From: Adineta vaga
Taxonomy: Eukaryota; Animalia; Rotifera
NCBI GenBank assembly: GCA_021613535.1
Contig: CP075494.1
Coordinates: 10,478,001 to 10,542,000 of the forward strand
Length of the DNA stretch: 64,000 nucleotides
Direction of reading: 5' to 3'
The notes under the pieces were generated by a model. That model did no database searches. It worked only from the letters and a program-made list of their open reading frames with translations, and was not told where the DNA came from. Both the position numbers and the translations under genes were made by a program. This document shows, one piece after another, positions 41,387 to 54,993 of the stretch. The first letter of the stretch is position 1. Each line of letters starts with the position of its first letter.

Positions 41387-43079
41387 ATGGTTGGTTTCGA
41401 TACACGAACGATTAATACTTTTGATACACAATTTATCTGTCAAAAATGCGTTTTGATACTACACGATCCGGTTCAACTAACCGAATGCGGGCATCGGCTA
41501 TGTAAATCATGTGTTGATATTCAGGAACAGTATATCTTTTTCGATCATATCATATTATTAGCTTTTATTCTTCTTTTTAGAACAATGATCACATGCCCAG
41601 TATGTCACACACAAACACCAACACATTTAGTAAGTATCACCTCTTTCTTGTATTTTAGATCACTATTCATACCTCATCAATTAGATACGACTCGATCGTG
41701 GTTTCAAACGTGAAATGGAATCTCTATCAATCGAATGTTTTCTCTGTCCATGGACAGGCATCTTGAAAAACTATCAGGTAACCTTCTTCATTCACTTTCA
41801 CTACCTATTTATTAACCTGTCTCTTCATATCTCTCTTCAAGCCACATCTCGATGAACTTCACTCTCATCCAACATGTCAATACTGCAATCTGCCGTTCAA
41901 CTCTGTCAGCAAACTCTCTGAACATCAACTATTACAATGTCAACAAGTGACAACAAACTGTCTACTCAAAGATTTCGGCTGTGATCAACAAGTATCGACA
42001 TACTGTTACTTCCTCTCTTTTTCTCTAGAACGTCGTCTCTTTTAGATTATTCGAGACAAGAAACAAGAACATTATCGATCTCATCAGCATCAACATACTC
42101 TGATGAAAGTGGTGCAACAAATGATATCACAGCATCAAACCAATCATTCTAATCCAACAACCACCATGACCACTGATCACTCTGCACAGAATCGTTTTCA
42201 AGAAGTTGAAGATAAGCTTGGTATTCTAGAGAGTGATGTTGAAACATTGGTCGATGATGAACAGCCGCTCACTCGCGAATCAGTTCAGCTTCAACTACAA
42301 CTTCATACATTAGCTGGAGAGGCATCACAAGTGAAATTATCCACAGAAGAATCACGAAGTTATGTCGAAGGTGTCAAACAAAATCTAGACATTCTCCGTC
42401 AAGATTTGTCATCATTGAAAGAGAAAATCAATGATATGGAACATGTTTCATATGATGGCACATTTGTATGGAAAATAACAAATGTCACAGAAAAGATGAG
42501 TAAGTCACACAAGTGAATAGATATTCGATCGTTTCCTCAACTTTATTTGTAGATGATGCACGATCTGAACGACAAACATCGATCTATTCTCCACCCTTCT
42601 ATTCATCATCAAATGGCTATAAGATGAGACTTCGCCTGTACCTTTATGGTGATGGAAATGCTCGACGGTCACATCTCTCACTTTTCTTTGTGTTGATGCG
42701 TGGTGTCAATGATGCTATTCTCAAGTTTCCATTCGATTACAAAGTAACATTCTGCTTATATGATCAGAGTGATCAAGGAAAACATGTGATCGATTCATTT
42801 CGACCAGATATTCGATCGAATAGTTTTCAGAGACCACGATCAGACTTCAATATTGCAAGTGGAATTCCAAAGTTTATGGCATTATCTACGATAGAAGAAG
42901 ATGGTGGAAGAAGTAGTGGATATGTAGTAGATGATACAATGTTTATCAAAGTGCTGATCGATTTTGATGGTATGGCGAAAGCATTGTTACCTTATGCAAT
43001 GAGTTTGAATCCGGGACTACCAGCAAATGTTCAACAGATGCTGATCAAACAAGAAGCTGAACGAAGAGGTCAAGAATAG
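41387..43079 (+). CDS. TRAF paralog B
   Basis: RING CQKC...CGHRLCKSC, 6 exons, coiled coil, MATH domain with RSDFNIASG. Confidence 0.93.
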
Positions 43080-43612
43080 ACTTCAACTGTTTAAAAGAGA
43101 GATCATTCACTAATCAAGCTATATGCATTATTAACTTTTATGCTCAGAGACGAATAATCTGTGATAAAAAATGTTACTATGTTTTTGAAATAGTTTTCAT
43201 ATAAATATAAGATAATTATCGGATTCTATCTTCTCAGCGTGTTAGCATAACTATATCATGATATGGCATTAATATGTTGAGTTTGACTTACAATAATATC
43301 CATCATAAAAATGACGAAATACAAATGACAGATGCACTCACACGCGCATTTACAGTAGATCTAAGAAAATGATGCTCTTGATATATTTCGAATTTACTGT
43401 GGCATAAATATTATTCATGCGTTTAAATATATTCAACTAATTTCATTAAGGAGAAATTTTTCACAAGATCATACATACTATGACACACAATCTTGAACAA
43501 CAGAAATAACGATTCTTCAAAAAAGAAAGAAATACGCTTTAGCAAGAAAAACAAAAAATATTTATAATCATATTGATTTCTGTGTCTCCGTAATCTAATT
43601 TTAGAAAGTCTA

Positions 43613-44483
43613 CTATGGATGATGTGTTCCAAGTGGTACAGTTGTTCGAACGACTCTTGCCCGACTCACCATCATTACTTGTGGATGGACAACATGGTTT
43701 CTTCGCCAAAACAACACGACATCTCGACATTTTCCTCGCAAATCAGGTAATGACACTGCACTCGCAAATGGGATCAACAATACAATCCAATAAGTGAAAA
43801 ATAAACTATCACTATAATAGTAACGTGCAATAGATCGTGACAAACCAATGGAATATGCAGCATATAATGATATTGGTGGAAATTGCAGTACAATATACAA
43901 GATTGATAAAGGTAATAGTTGCATCGCTAATTTCTTGTAGTTTCGCCATTGAATTCGTCGATGAATATGATATCTATAATATAACACACGCACAAGAAGA
44001 GCAATACTGAAAATCACGGTGATGAATGCAGGAACGATATAGTTTCCAATACTGTCAAATAATGAAGCCCATTGGTTTGTAGTCACACATGAATACAAAC
44101 TACAATATCTAACCTTCTGATTATAAACAACATTACAAGGAAGAACATAGAAGATCAGAATATAGAATAGGAGAGGCCAAAGAATGCAAACGATCAGCGG
44201 AACATAATGAAAAGCAGTTGGAATGAAAAATGAGAATATGTCGTTCGATTGATGCCCATGCCATGATTGTGAAAACTAAAATATAAGCTGTTGGACTAAT
44301 AAGTGCCCATACTTGACAAAACGCAGGAGTAAATGTGGGAACTTCTTGATTATGATAGAAGCAAATCTGTGAAATGATATCAGTGAGATTTTCAATGAGA
44401 ACACAGACAAGAAGAACAATAATGGCATGATTGTTGAGAGGTGTAGCCAATAACTATGCACGATCATAAAGAGAGATACTCAT
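43613..44483 (-). pseudogene. Rhodopsin-like GPCR pseudogene (copy 1)
   Basis: MAWASIERHILIFH (DRY-equivalent). TAG at codon 10, a 72-bp deletion relative to copy 2, and a frameshift after HILIFHSN. Confidence 0.85.
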
Positions 44484-46401
44484 TTTGAGAATGTTTGATG
44501 TTGTGTGCAACAACTGGAAAGCAGTATCAGAAGAAGAATATATACCAATGCTAGAGAAAAAAATGCACTAAGAATTTAAAAGGAAGCGATATCGTTTCGT
44601 GAATAATTTTCATGCGTGTCATATTTTTCTTACACTTTCACTTAACGTAATTCTCTATATGTTTCGAAGCAACGCTTTTTCAACAGATGACTTACATTAG
44701 AAAGATTATGTCCATTTAATCATGCTAAAAGTGTGTACTGTGAAAACACTACTATAGATACCGTGCAATTTTAATAATGTATTAAATCCAGTAGAAAATA
44801 TGAGAAATGAATAAGAAAGTTGTGTGTCACGAATAAGACAACAAGAAAATGGATTATGAAGAGCAATTGTTGTATATGTTTGTTTTATTACTATAACTGT
44901 TATGTTGAGTATTCATTGTATTTACCGATAAGTCATGCAACTTCAATAATCATGTTTGTTCATCAATAAAATGACTTTTATTATCGATTTGTATTCCTGA
45001 TATTTTTTGTTAAGCAAATAATATGACTAATCTATTTACATCATCGGTTCGCCTACATACATGTTTTTTTTTCTTATTTTCTGAAGTACGCAGGTGAATG
45101 TGTATTTGTGAATCATCCGTATCGCAGAATACTTGAAGTACACCGAATGTCATGCGCATCATGGTTGAGTCAGAGTTACATTGCATATATAGCAAAATAA
45201 AAGCGGCAACTATTTGGAATGAAAACTACACGATCATCTCAGAATTTGGTAAGGTATTTATACTCTATTTCGAATATGTATGGAAATTCGTTGTGCAATT
45301 TTATGTTTAGATTGCGTGAAGTTCTTAGTACAAACTAAGAACAAAAAGTTTGACATTTGTCATGTCATATGACGAGAAAGAAAAGTTTCGTAATACAAGT
45401 TATTTTTAACTGAAAACAATGGGTATCTTTGATATTTGTCGTGATAGCTGAAAATCTGAAAGTTCTGTAAAAGAGAACAGTCATTTGAATGAAACACACT
45501 AAACTTTTATATATTATGTAAAATGGAATTTTTACAGAGAATTTTTCTTCAACATTTGATCCTTATGATTTGATAGAATGCGCCATTTGGTTAGCAACAA
45601 TCGTCATCTTCAGAAGCAAGGTTAATGTGACATTTATATCTTGGTGAAAATTGCCTTATGATACATTATCCTATGTTTCAAAAATAGACGTTTTCATTAA
45701 TCGTTGAATCTGATTGATTTGACATACATATATCTTTACAGATCATATAATTATGTATGTCAAGGCAATCATCGATGATCACGTAGGATACTATCCTTAG
45801 TTATTTACAAAAATGAGTACCTATCATCTCGTTACCTAACGAACAATACTCGTGTCTTCGAATGAACAATGAACCTATCAGTATGCGACGTTCTCGATTA
45901 TATGACTATGATAGATGTTATATACAGCAGACATCAAAATTTCCAAAAAAAACATCACAATTGGTAGTTACGATTTTTGTAAATTTTTACTTCACAGGAA
46001 CTATGTGCAATTAGGATGAAATTCTCTTTCTTTGAATAAATATCATATAAGTAGTATTTATTATATTTTATCTTCTTCTATCATTAAAACTTCGCTCAAA
46101 ACAAATGAGCGCGTCAAAAAAAATATCGATTGAGTTATGAGCATCTGCGTTTATCTTCAATTTATGACAATATTCCTACTGTGACGACGAAACAAAAACA
46201 TAATTTTGTTGGTCGTACACATAGTTACTCACTTTCCATTAGTAATACAACACTCTATATATTATTAAAACATTTCTGCTCTATATTCTACTAAGAGCAT
46301 TCACATTATCGAAGCAAAACAGAACGGCGACTTATTTTTCTGACTCAATATGCAAATGAGTATTGCCCAATCAAATGCAATACTCTTTTCAATGTATATA
46401 G

Positions 46402-47306
46402 GTCGTAGTACAGATCAAAATCCAGTTCAGATTAAAATTTTGATCTCGCCTAGGAATAATTAAAATTTTCTTGTGCACTAGTTGTGTTTCAAACTGAGCT
46501 AGTTGATTTCAAAATTTTGATCTCGCCTAGGATAGATTAAAATTTCAATCTGCACTAGTTGAGTTTAAAACTAAATTAGTTGATTTTAAAATTTTGATAA
46601 AAACTAGGACAGATCAAAATTTTGATCTGAACTAAACATAGTGGACTAGTTGACATTAAAATTTTGATCCCAACTAGTTCAGATTAAAATACCTTCAACC
46701 GTATGAAATTCTTTAGTTTTTTTAACTCAATTCTCTTTTGACGAATATAAAATATCTTGCTCATCAATTTTCATTGAATTAAAATGTTTTCCTGTATTAA
46801 ATATAAGTTGTGACCGATATTCTTAGGTACAATGCTTCGTACATTGTGTCAAAATAGATGTAAATGTTTTTTGTTCAAGTTACTATTGAAACAGTCAAAA
46901 CAAAGGTCAACATACAGCAAAGTTAATTTACTAATTAAATCATGCATAGACATTTTATTTCAAAAAATTTCAGTCTATCCTAGTTCGGATCAAAATATTT
47001 TAATCTGAACTAGTTGAGATCAAAATTTTAATGTCAACTAGTCCACTATGTTTAGTTCAGATCAAAATTTTGATCTGTCCTAGTTTTTATCAAAATTTTA
47101 AAATCAACTAGTTTAGTTTTAAACTCAACTAGTACAGATTGAAATTTTAATCTATCCTAGGCGAGATCAAAATTTTGAAATCAACTAGCTCAGTTTGAAA
47201 CACAACTAGTGCACAAGAAAATTTTAATTATTCTTAGGCGAGATCAAAATTTTAATCTGAACTAGTTCAGTTTTAAACTGAACTGGATTTTGATCTGTAC
47301 TACGAC
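46402..47306. mobile_element. Foldback-type non-autonomous element with ~290-bp modular TIRs
   Basis: GTCGTAGTACAGATCAAAATCCAGTTCAG ... CTGAACTGGATTTTGATCTGTACTACGAC. Arms are built of AAAATTTTGATC/ACTAGT subrepeats around a ~300-bp spacer; (TA)n flanks. Confidence 0.9.
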
Positions 47307-48067
47307 ATATATATATATAGTACATATCGATAAACATATCTGAGTAACTGTAGTTGAATTTAGTATTTGGTTCCTCAACTCACTATAGTTAAGTAGAATC
47401 TAGCATTAGTAAAGCTATGAAAAGATCGATACACTTTGCATTTCTACTTGCGTTGTGTAATTTCGAAGCATCAAACGATGAACTATGACTATATTAGTTG
47501 CATATCATTCACTTCACTCAAAAAGTATGTATCGACGTAGGAGTTATAGAAGAAAAACGTTCAATGGGAATGGAAAAGGCAAAGTAATGTTTTATATATG
47601 ATGACTACTAGGCCGATTACATGACACTATTCGTGAAGAAAATCAGACAAGGAAATTGTATGCTTAAAACTGAAAAATGAGATTCATGAATGTGTATTGT
47701 CAATCGTTGTTATATTGCTTATTGTACAAACAGCGTTTGATGTTACATATCGTTAGAGATATATTAGTTCTTTCGTAATACTTACTATTTTCCTAGAAAT
47801 ATTTTTCTTGTACATATAGAATCTTTGGTTGAAAAGTATCTTCTTTCGTTCACTTGCATATTGTAACCACTGAAACGTGTGAATACTATATTTATCATAC
47901 GAAATGATAATATTCTCGTTCCGTTTCCTCGTAATTCATGAGCTGACTTTGATAGTATCTTTTTAAAATGAACGAGAAGAGAGTAGGAAAAGCTATGACA
48001 ACACTAATAAGCAAATATGCATGAGTGTGTCAGTTTGGGAGACCGGAATATCGGTCCAAACATCAAT

Positions 48068-48502
48068 TAGTAACTTCATAGTGCTGAGCGGTATGAATAT
48101 TGAAAAAGTGTCTGGATATAAACCGACGTGGTACTCGAAATATTTTAGTTAATTTATTATATGTCAAATAGTCATATAAAATACTTATCACACATTTTGC
48201 ATAAGTAATAACTAGAAAAAGCATTTTCCCACTTCACTATCAAATGTTTCAGAAACCTTTTATCTGCAACATTTTATAGTACGTAGCATTATTGAACGTG
48301 TAAAGTTAGTTTAAGTTCATTAATCTACTTGTATTTTGTTCAATATCTATCAGTAAATAAACAAAAGCATTAGAATAAGCTTAAACATTTTTAATAATAA
48401 TTCTACTATTAAAAGCTATTATTTCTTATTGAATTTTATAGCACACTGCTTATCAAGACGATTCTCTTCATATTCATACCGTTCGGCACTACGAAGTCAC
48501 TG
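48068..48502. mobile_element. Older MITE with ~35-bp imperfect TIRs
   Basis: TAGTAACTTCATAGTGCTGAGCGGTATGAATAT vs reverse complement of the right end CAGTGACTTCGTAGTGCCGAACGGTATGAATAT. Confidence 0.7.
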
Positions 48503-48934
48503 ATTAATAATCGATTAATTTAATTTAATTGATATTTGAACCGAAATTCATGTAACCCGTCAATTCTATTTATTTTCTATTCTATCCTTCACTCTGACCT
48601 CGAACCCGAAATGAACTATATCCACTTTCGTATTCGTGTAAATTTCAGCAAATAGAGAATGAATAGTATTGTTAAAATCGATTCAGCAAAATCTGAGTAA
48701 AACCACCAGGAATTCTTTTTAAATAAATTACAAAAATAATTTTATTGAACAAAGACAATTTAGAGAATTAAGCTGATCGTGATTGGTTGTCTTGAATTGT
48801 GTGCTAAATAATAGGATTGGGTTTGGGTTTTTCCCCAATAATATACGCAGAATCTTTATAAGCCCCGTCCGAAAGATGACTGACGACAGTCTTCATTACA
48901 TTATTTTTGATTGTATATTGTTAGAAACTTCTAA

Positions 48935-50634
48935 ATGGTAGGTTTTGACACAAAGAACAGAGGCACGTTTGATGATAAGTACATTTGTCCACGGTGCTTC
49001 TTAATATTTCAAGATCCAGTACAGTTGAAGGAATGTGGTCATCGACAATGCCAGTCCTGCATTCATTCTGAAGAACAGTCTGTTTTTTGCTGATTAAAAT
49101 TTTTCATTTCATTGGTATTTTCGTTCAGACTGACGGTAACATGTGCCAAATGTTCGATGACGATGCCAAAGGATCAAGTACGATGTGCCTTGTATTGAAA
49201 GAAAAACTCAAATATTCTATTAATTAGGTGATGATTGACCGAGGTTTCAAACATGATATGGAATCTCTATCAATCGAATGTTTTCTCTGTCCATGGGCAG
49301 GCATCTTGAAAGACTATCAGGTAACATTCTTCATTCACTTTCACTACCTATTTATTAACCTATCTCTTCATATCTCTCTTCAAGCCACATCTCGATGAAC
49401 TTCACTCTCATCCAACATGTCAATACTGCAATCTGTCGTTCAACTCTGTCAGTAAACTCTCTGAACATCAACTATTACAATGTCAACAAGTGACAACAAA
49501 CTGTCTACTCAAAGATTTTGGCTGTGATCAACAAGTATCGACATACTGTTACTTCCTCTCTTTTTCTCTAGAACGTCGTCTCTTTTAGATCATTCGAGGC
49601 AAGAAACAAGAACATTTTCAATCTCATCAGCATCAACATACTCTGATGAAACTGGTGCAACAAATGATATCACAACATCAAACCAATCATTCTTATCCAA
49701 CAACCACCATGACCACTGATCACTCTGCATCGAGTCATTTTCAAGAAGTTGAAGACGTGCTTGGTATTCTAATGAATGGTATCGAGACATTGATCGATGA
49801 TGGACAACGTCTCACTCGCGAATCAGTTCAGCTTCAACTACAACTTCATACATTAGCCGAAGAGGCATCACAAGTGAAATTATCCACAGAAGAATCACGA
49901 AGTTATGTCGAAGGTGTCAAACAAAATCTAGACATTCTCCGTCAAGATCTGTCATCATTGAAAGAGAAAATCAATGATATGGAACATGTTTCATATGATG
50001 GCACATTTGTATGGAAAATAACAAATGTCACAGAAAAGATGAGTAAGTCACATAAGTGAATAGATATTCGATCGTTTCCTCAACTTTATTTGTAGATGAT
50101 GCACGATCTGAACGACAAACATCGATCTATTCTCCACCCTTCTATTCATCATCAAATGGCTATAAGATGAGACTTCGCCTGTACCTTTATGGTGATGGAA
50201 ATGCTCGCCGGTCACATCTCTCACTTTTCTTTGTGTTGATGCGTGGTGTCAATGATGCTATTCTCAAGTTTCCATTCGATTACAAAGTAACATTCTGCTT
50301 ATATGATCAGAGTGGTCAAGGAAAACATGTGATCGATTCATTTCGACCAGATATTCGATCGAATAGTTTTCAGAGACCACGATCAGACATGAATATTGCA
50401 AGTGGAATTCCAAAGTTTATGGCATTATCTACGATAGAAGAAGATGGAGGAAGAAGTAATGGATATGTAGTAGATGATACAATGTTTATCAAAGTGCTGA
50501 TCGATTTTGATGGTATGGCGAAAGCATTGTTACCTTATGTAATGAGTTTGAATCCGGGACTACCAGCAAATGTTCAACAGATGCTGATCAAACAAGAAAC
50601 TGAACGAAGAGGTCAACAAAAGTCTACCGTATAA
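48935..50634 (+). CDS. TRAF paralog C
   Basis: MVGFDTKNRGTFDDKYICPRC...CGHRQCQSC RING; downstream exons near-identical to paralogs B and D; ends KSTV*. Confidence 0.92.
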
Positions 50635-51024
50635 TACCTATTATAATAAATTTGATCATTATTCAACCTATTGTTTACATATAAAATATAATCCAGAATA
50701 TAATGTAATTCTTTTTTTCTAACACATTTGAATAAACGCGATTCAGTTAACATGAAGTGATAGAAGTAGGGGTGGCAGAATAGGAATATAACGCAAAAGA
50801 ATATTGCTATGTTCGTGCTAGTGCGAATTGATGTTCGAGAGTGGATGTGAGTACGAGTGTATTGGCTATTTACTTACACCAACCATATTTGTTGCATTGT
50901 TTATGACTTTTTCTTGATCATTATTCACTTATCGCATTCTTTACATCTTGTTAGAACTATATCTAACATTGTCGTACAGTAAGCACTGCAAAGTCTAGGA
51001 AATAATTTTGAGCTTCCTTTTTAG

Positions 51025-51918
51025 ATGATAACATCCAACATAAGTGGATTCAAAATTAAAATGCGGAAAGAGCATGATTTCAGTTGGTTTAATGAATGTT
51101 TTTCAAGTGTATTCTGCGTATTTGATCAACAAGATTCTGGAAATTTATCATTTGGTTGTGTTGATATTCAGAATCATCGACGTGTATTCGTTAAATATGC
51201 TGGTGCGTGTCCCGAACAGTTCGAAGGGGAACCTCACGAAGCAGTGAAACGACTTCGTCAAGCCATTGAAGTCTATACAAATTTGCAACCACATGAATAT
51301 CTTCTTCCAATAATAAACTCGTTTTCAACTGCTCATGGTTTTGCTTTAGTTTTTCCGTGGTTCGAAAATAGTGAATGTCTTCATCCACATTGGTCCTTTC
51401 CCCCACCTGCTAAATATACCGATGTTCGCTCACCATATTATCGCTTTAGACAACTTGCACTCGCGCAACGTCTCAATGCACTTGACGTAATTTTTACTTT
51501 TCTCGATTATGTCGATCGTCATGATTACGTAGCCATTGATTTCTACGATGGAAGTATCTTGTATAATTTTCAGACGAATACCATCAAAATTTGTGATATT
51601 GACTTTTTTCAAAAGATGCCTTGTCAACCAAATCAACCACCATGGGGCTCACCTCGTTATTTGTCACCAGAAGAAAATCAACCAAATGCAATCCTCGATC
51701 ATAGAACAAATGTTTTTCGATCGGGTGCTTGTGCTTTTGGTTTGATTGGTGGTGAACTTGATCGGTCATTCTCGCGTTGGGATGGTAATGAAGATTTATA
51801 TAAAATAGCTCTGCGTGCTGTTGCTTCAAATCCGCTCGAACGTTACTCTCATGTTTCAGAATTTCTCTTCGAATGGCGACGTGTTGTTTCTCTATCGAAC
51901 AACAGTGTAACTTGCTAA
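51025..51918 (+). CDS. Bacterial-type Ser/Thr protein kinase (likely horizontally acquired)
   Basis: Uninterrupted 297-aa ORF: VFDQQDSGNLSFG, VFVKYAG, YVAIDFYDGSILY (atypical catalytic loop), ICDID, WGSPRYLSPEE, RTNVF. This pattern resembles a Firmicutes kinase family as I recall it. Confidence 0.85.
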   Translation: MITSNISGFKIKMRKEHDFSWFNECFSSVFCVFDQQDSGNLSFGCVDIQNHRRVFVKYAGACPEQFEGEPHEAVKRLRQAIEVYTNLQPHEYLLPIINSFSTAHGFALVFPWFENSECLHPHWSFPPPAKYTDVRSPYYRFRQLALAQRLNALDVIFTFLDYVDRHDYVAIDFYDGSILYNFQTNTIKICDIDFFQKMPCQPNQPPWGSPRYLSPEENQPNAILDHRTNVFRSGACAFGLIGGELDRSFSRWDGNEDLYKIALRAVASNPLERYSHVSEFLFEWRRVVSLSNNSVTC

Positions 51919-54190
51919 TCTTTTACATTATAACTCGAAAAAAAACAACATTGAATGTATTATATAAGAAGAATGAAAAAGTCCATAGTTTTCTGCTGTT
52001 ATTAACTTTTTTTTCTATGATTTATGTTAATGTTTCATACATAGAAGATCTACATTCATGATATGATACTTTTTCAAGGACAAAGATACACTGTGAACAA
52101 AAACTCAGTTTTATTTCATTAATAAGAAATTCGAGGATAAGTCAGTTTCATTCGTTTGTTTTTATTTTTCATTTGATCAAATTTCTGCGGTTTCTTGCCA
52201 ATCCATACTGATACGTTAAAACATTGTTTCCGACAGATTGAATCTATTGTATTCAATGTAAACCATCCGATAATATAATCCACATATTGCGATTTCATCG
52301 TCTGAATTTTAAATACCGATAAATTTTGACATCGTCCAACAATTATTCTTAACTGATGTAAATTGGCCACCGGCATTTGTAAATGTTTGATATGAGATGG
52401 AATAACGAAACATATTCCTCTACTAACTTGAGAATAATCTCGCTAAAAAATATTACCATAAAATACCAATGATGAAAGATTAACAACTTGTTGAAGAAAT
52501 GATTTTATTTTTATCCAAACTACGTGTTTATAGCTTCGAAAAACGCAGGAGTATATTTTAATTTCAGTTAATTTTGAATAATTCAATAATAGAAAAAAAT
52601 GTTGATCTGTAAATGAAGAATATATTGCAACATGTTTAATATCAAGCTTTTTTAATTGTTGAAAAATCGGACAGATGATTTCATGAACCTACAATTTCAA
52701 TAAAACAAGAAAAGAAACAATTGATTTAACATACTTTCGATGGAATCTCATTAGACATTGACTCTTTGAAAGATATTTCTATTGTATCGATATTTTCCAT
52801 CGTGGATGAAGAATTATTCCTATTACAAGTAGATAGACATGTCATTGTTGAGCTATATTTATACGAAGATTTACATATTGGTATTGAATAAATAGAAATC
52901 AGACGAGGATAACTAATTGTTGATTCACAATTGATAAACCATTTTTTATATTCAATCCAAAATAGAGTCTGAAAGGTTGAGAAGAATAATTGAAGATCTT
53001 CAACGGCTTTTATTGATGAATTAAAGATATCGAAGAAGAATTCAAATCGATCTAAATAAGGTAAATTGAATTGAATGAAATTTTCCAATCGTTTTCCATC
53101 CAATTGATCTTCTCGTCCAATTAGTTTTAAATAATAAAGTTTTGGTATTAATAAAAGAAATGATTCGAGTTCATCGAATTTGACATCTACTTGTTCGATT
53201 ATTAAAGAAGTTATTTGAGAAAAACATATGGAATTTTTTGTTGTTAACGTCCAGCTATTGATACTCTTCATGAGACTTGCTTTGAATATCAATGTATGAA
53301 GACATGGTGAATGTCTTATGATGCTACATAAATAATCAAAAGAAATCATAGAATTTAATATAAGACATTGAATTTGACAATTATCAGGCCATGAAAGATT
53401 AGTTAATCTTGAATTTTCAAAATTTAATTCAAGTTTTCGAAGACTTGATTGTTTTAAAACTGCTAATAATTGTTTTAGTGTCGTTGTTTTTCTTCGATTA
53501 TCATTTTTTCGAATTTGAATTGAAAATGAATGTAATAAATTTATATTAATATATTTTAAAATTCAATTCAATTCAGATTCATCAATATCTATAAGAGTTA
53601 ATGAATGAAGTTGAGTTAATCGTTGACGATTTACAAATGAAATAAATACATTGATTTGACCTATTCTTTGTTCATTAGAACCAAGTGTTAATGAGCGAAT
53701 ATTTTTCGGATGAATCAATCGACAAAGTGTACGAAATTTCGATTGAGATATGGATTCAAAATCCATGGAGTGGCAAATATCAAATGAATACAAATTTTCG
53801 AAATAGCATGTCAAAATTTTTGAAAATTTAATTTTTTGAAAATTTTAAATTTTGAAAATTTTCAAATTACATGACTTCAAACAGATGAATTAGAAATCAG
53901 AAATTTACTCTTCTATGCGAAATTTTGACAAAAAGTTCTAGTATTTTGAAAATTTTCATCGTTTATTAAATAACGCTAATAAGTTATAGGGAACCAGAAA
54001 TCAGAAATCTACGTCTCAATGTAAAATTTTAAAATTTATTCAATTCTGTTATTCAAAGTTTTTATAATTTATGCAATAACTTCAATGGTTAGCAGAGAGG
54101 CAGAAATCAGAAATGTAGTTTTATATGAAAAATTTGAAGAATTCTTCCGTACTCTACACAGAACGTTTTATCATTCATAAAATGACTTAA

Positions 54191-54778
54191 GGGGGGGGTC
54201 GCGACCCCCCAAGTGCTCCTTTTTATGTATTCATTAGATAGACTATATTTTTTTACGTATACTGTAAAATTTTTACGTCCGTCGGTTTAAATTTGACGGA
54301 GTTTTGTAATATGAGAAAACTTAGATTTTGGTCAAAAATTGATCTTCAGATTGGGTCCATGTTTTGCAAAATGTCAGTATAGAACAAAAGATAAATATAA
54401 CTTCTCTTATATCAAAAGATAGAGAAAAAAATTCTCTATCGATTGCATATAGGCTTAAAATTATAACGAAAATTTTTTATAACAGATATGGTTAAAATAC
54501 TGTATAAATTTATCATATTTTTCATGCTCCAAGCACTTTCAGTCGTGTTTTTATGATTTTCTTTCGTTGAAATTTTTTTTAATTATTAACTGTTCGATAG
54601 AGAATTTCAAGCGCTACAATTTTTCTATTGACCATTTTCTTTGATTATTTTTCTTTAAAATAATAGAAATCAATTTTCGACTATCGATCAAGACATATAT
54701 CTTGAAAAATCAAAAAAATTGAATAATTTAAATAAAAATAGGAAACATCCATAGAATTTCACTTTATTTTATTGCAAT
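54191..54778 (+). repeat. Left TIR (588 bp)
   Basis: Reverse complement of 57647-58234; no mismatches noticed by eye. Confidence 0.93.
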
Positions 54779-54993
54779 AGTAATCATTTATGTTATACAC
54801 TAATACTTCGATCGAACAGCAAAGAAAAGTGTCTTTTATGAACTACTTTATCTTCCTCTAGTTTATAACAAACAATAGTATTAATTTTAAAATTATGAAA
54901 AAATGAGTCAGCATTGAGAAATTTCATTTATTCTTTTATTTTTTATATACAAAGTTCAACGTTTGTTTGACAATATAAAAAGAAATCAATTCT

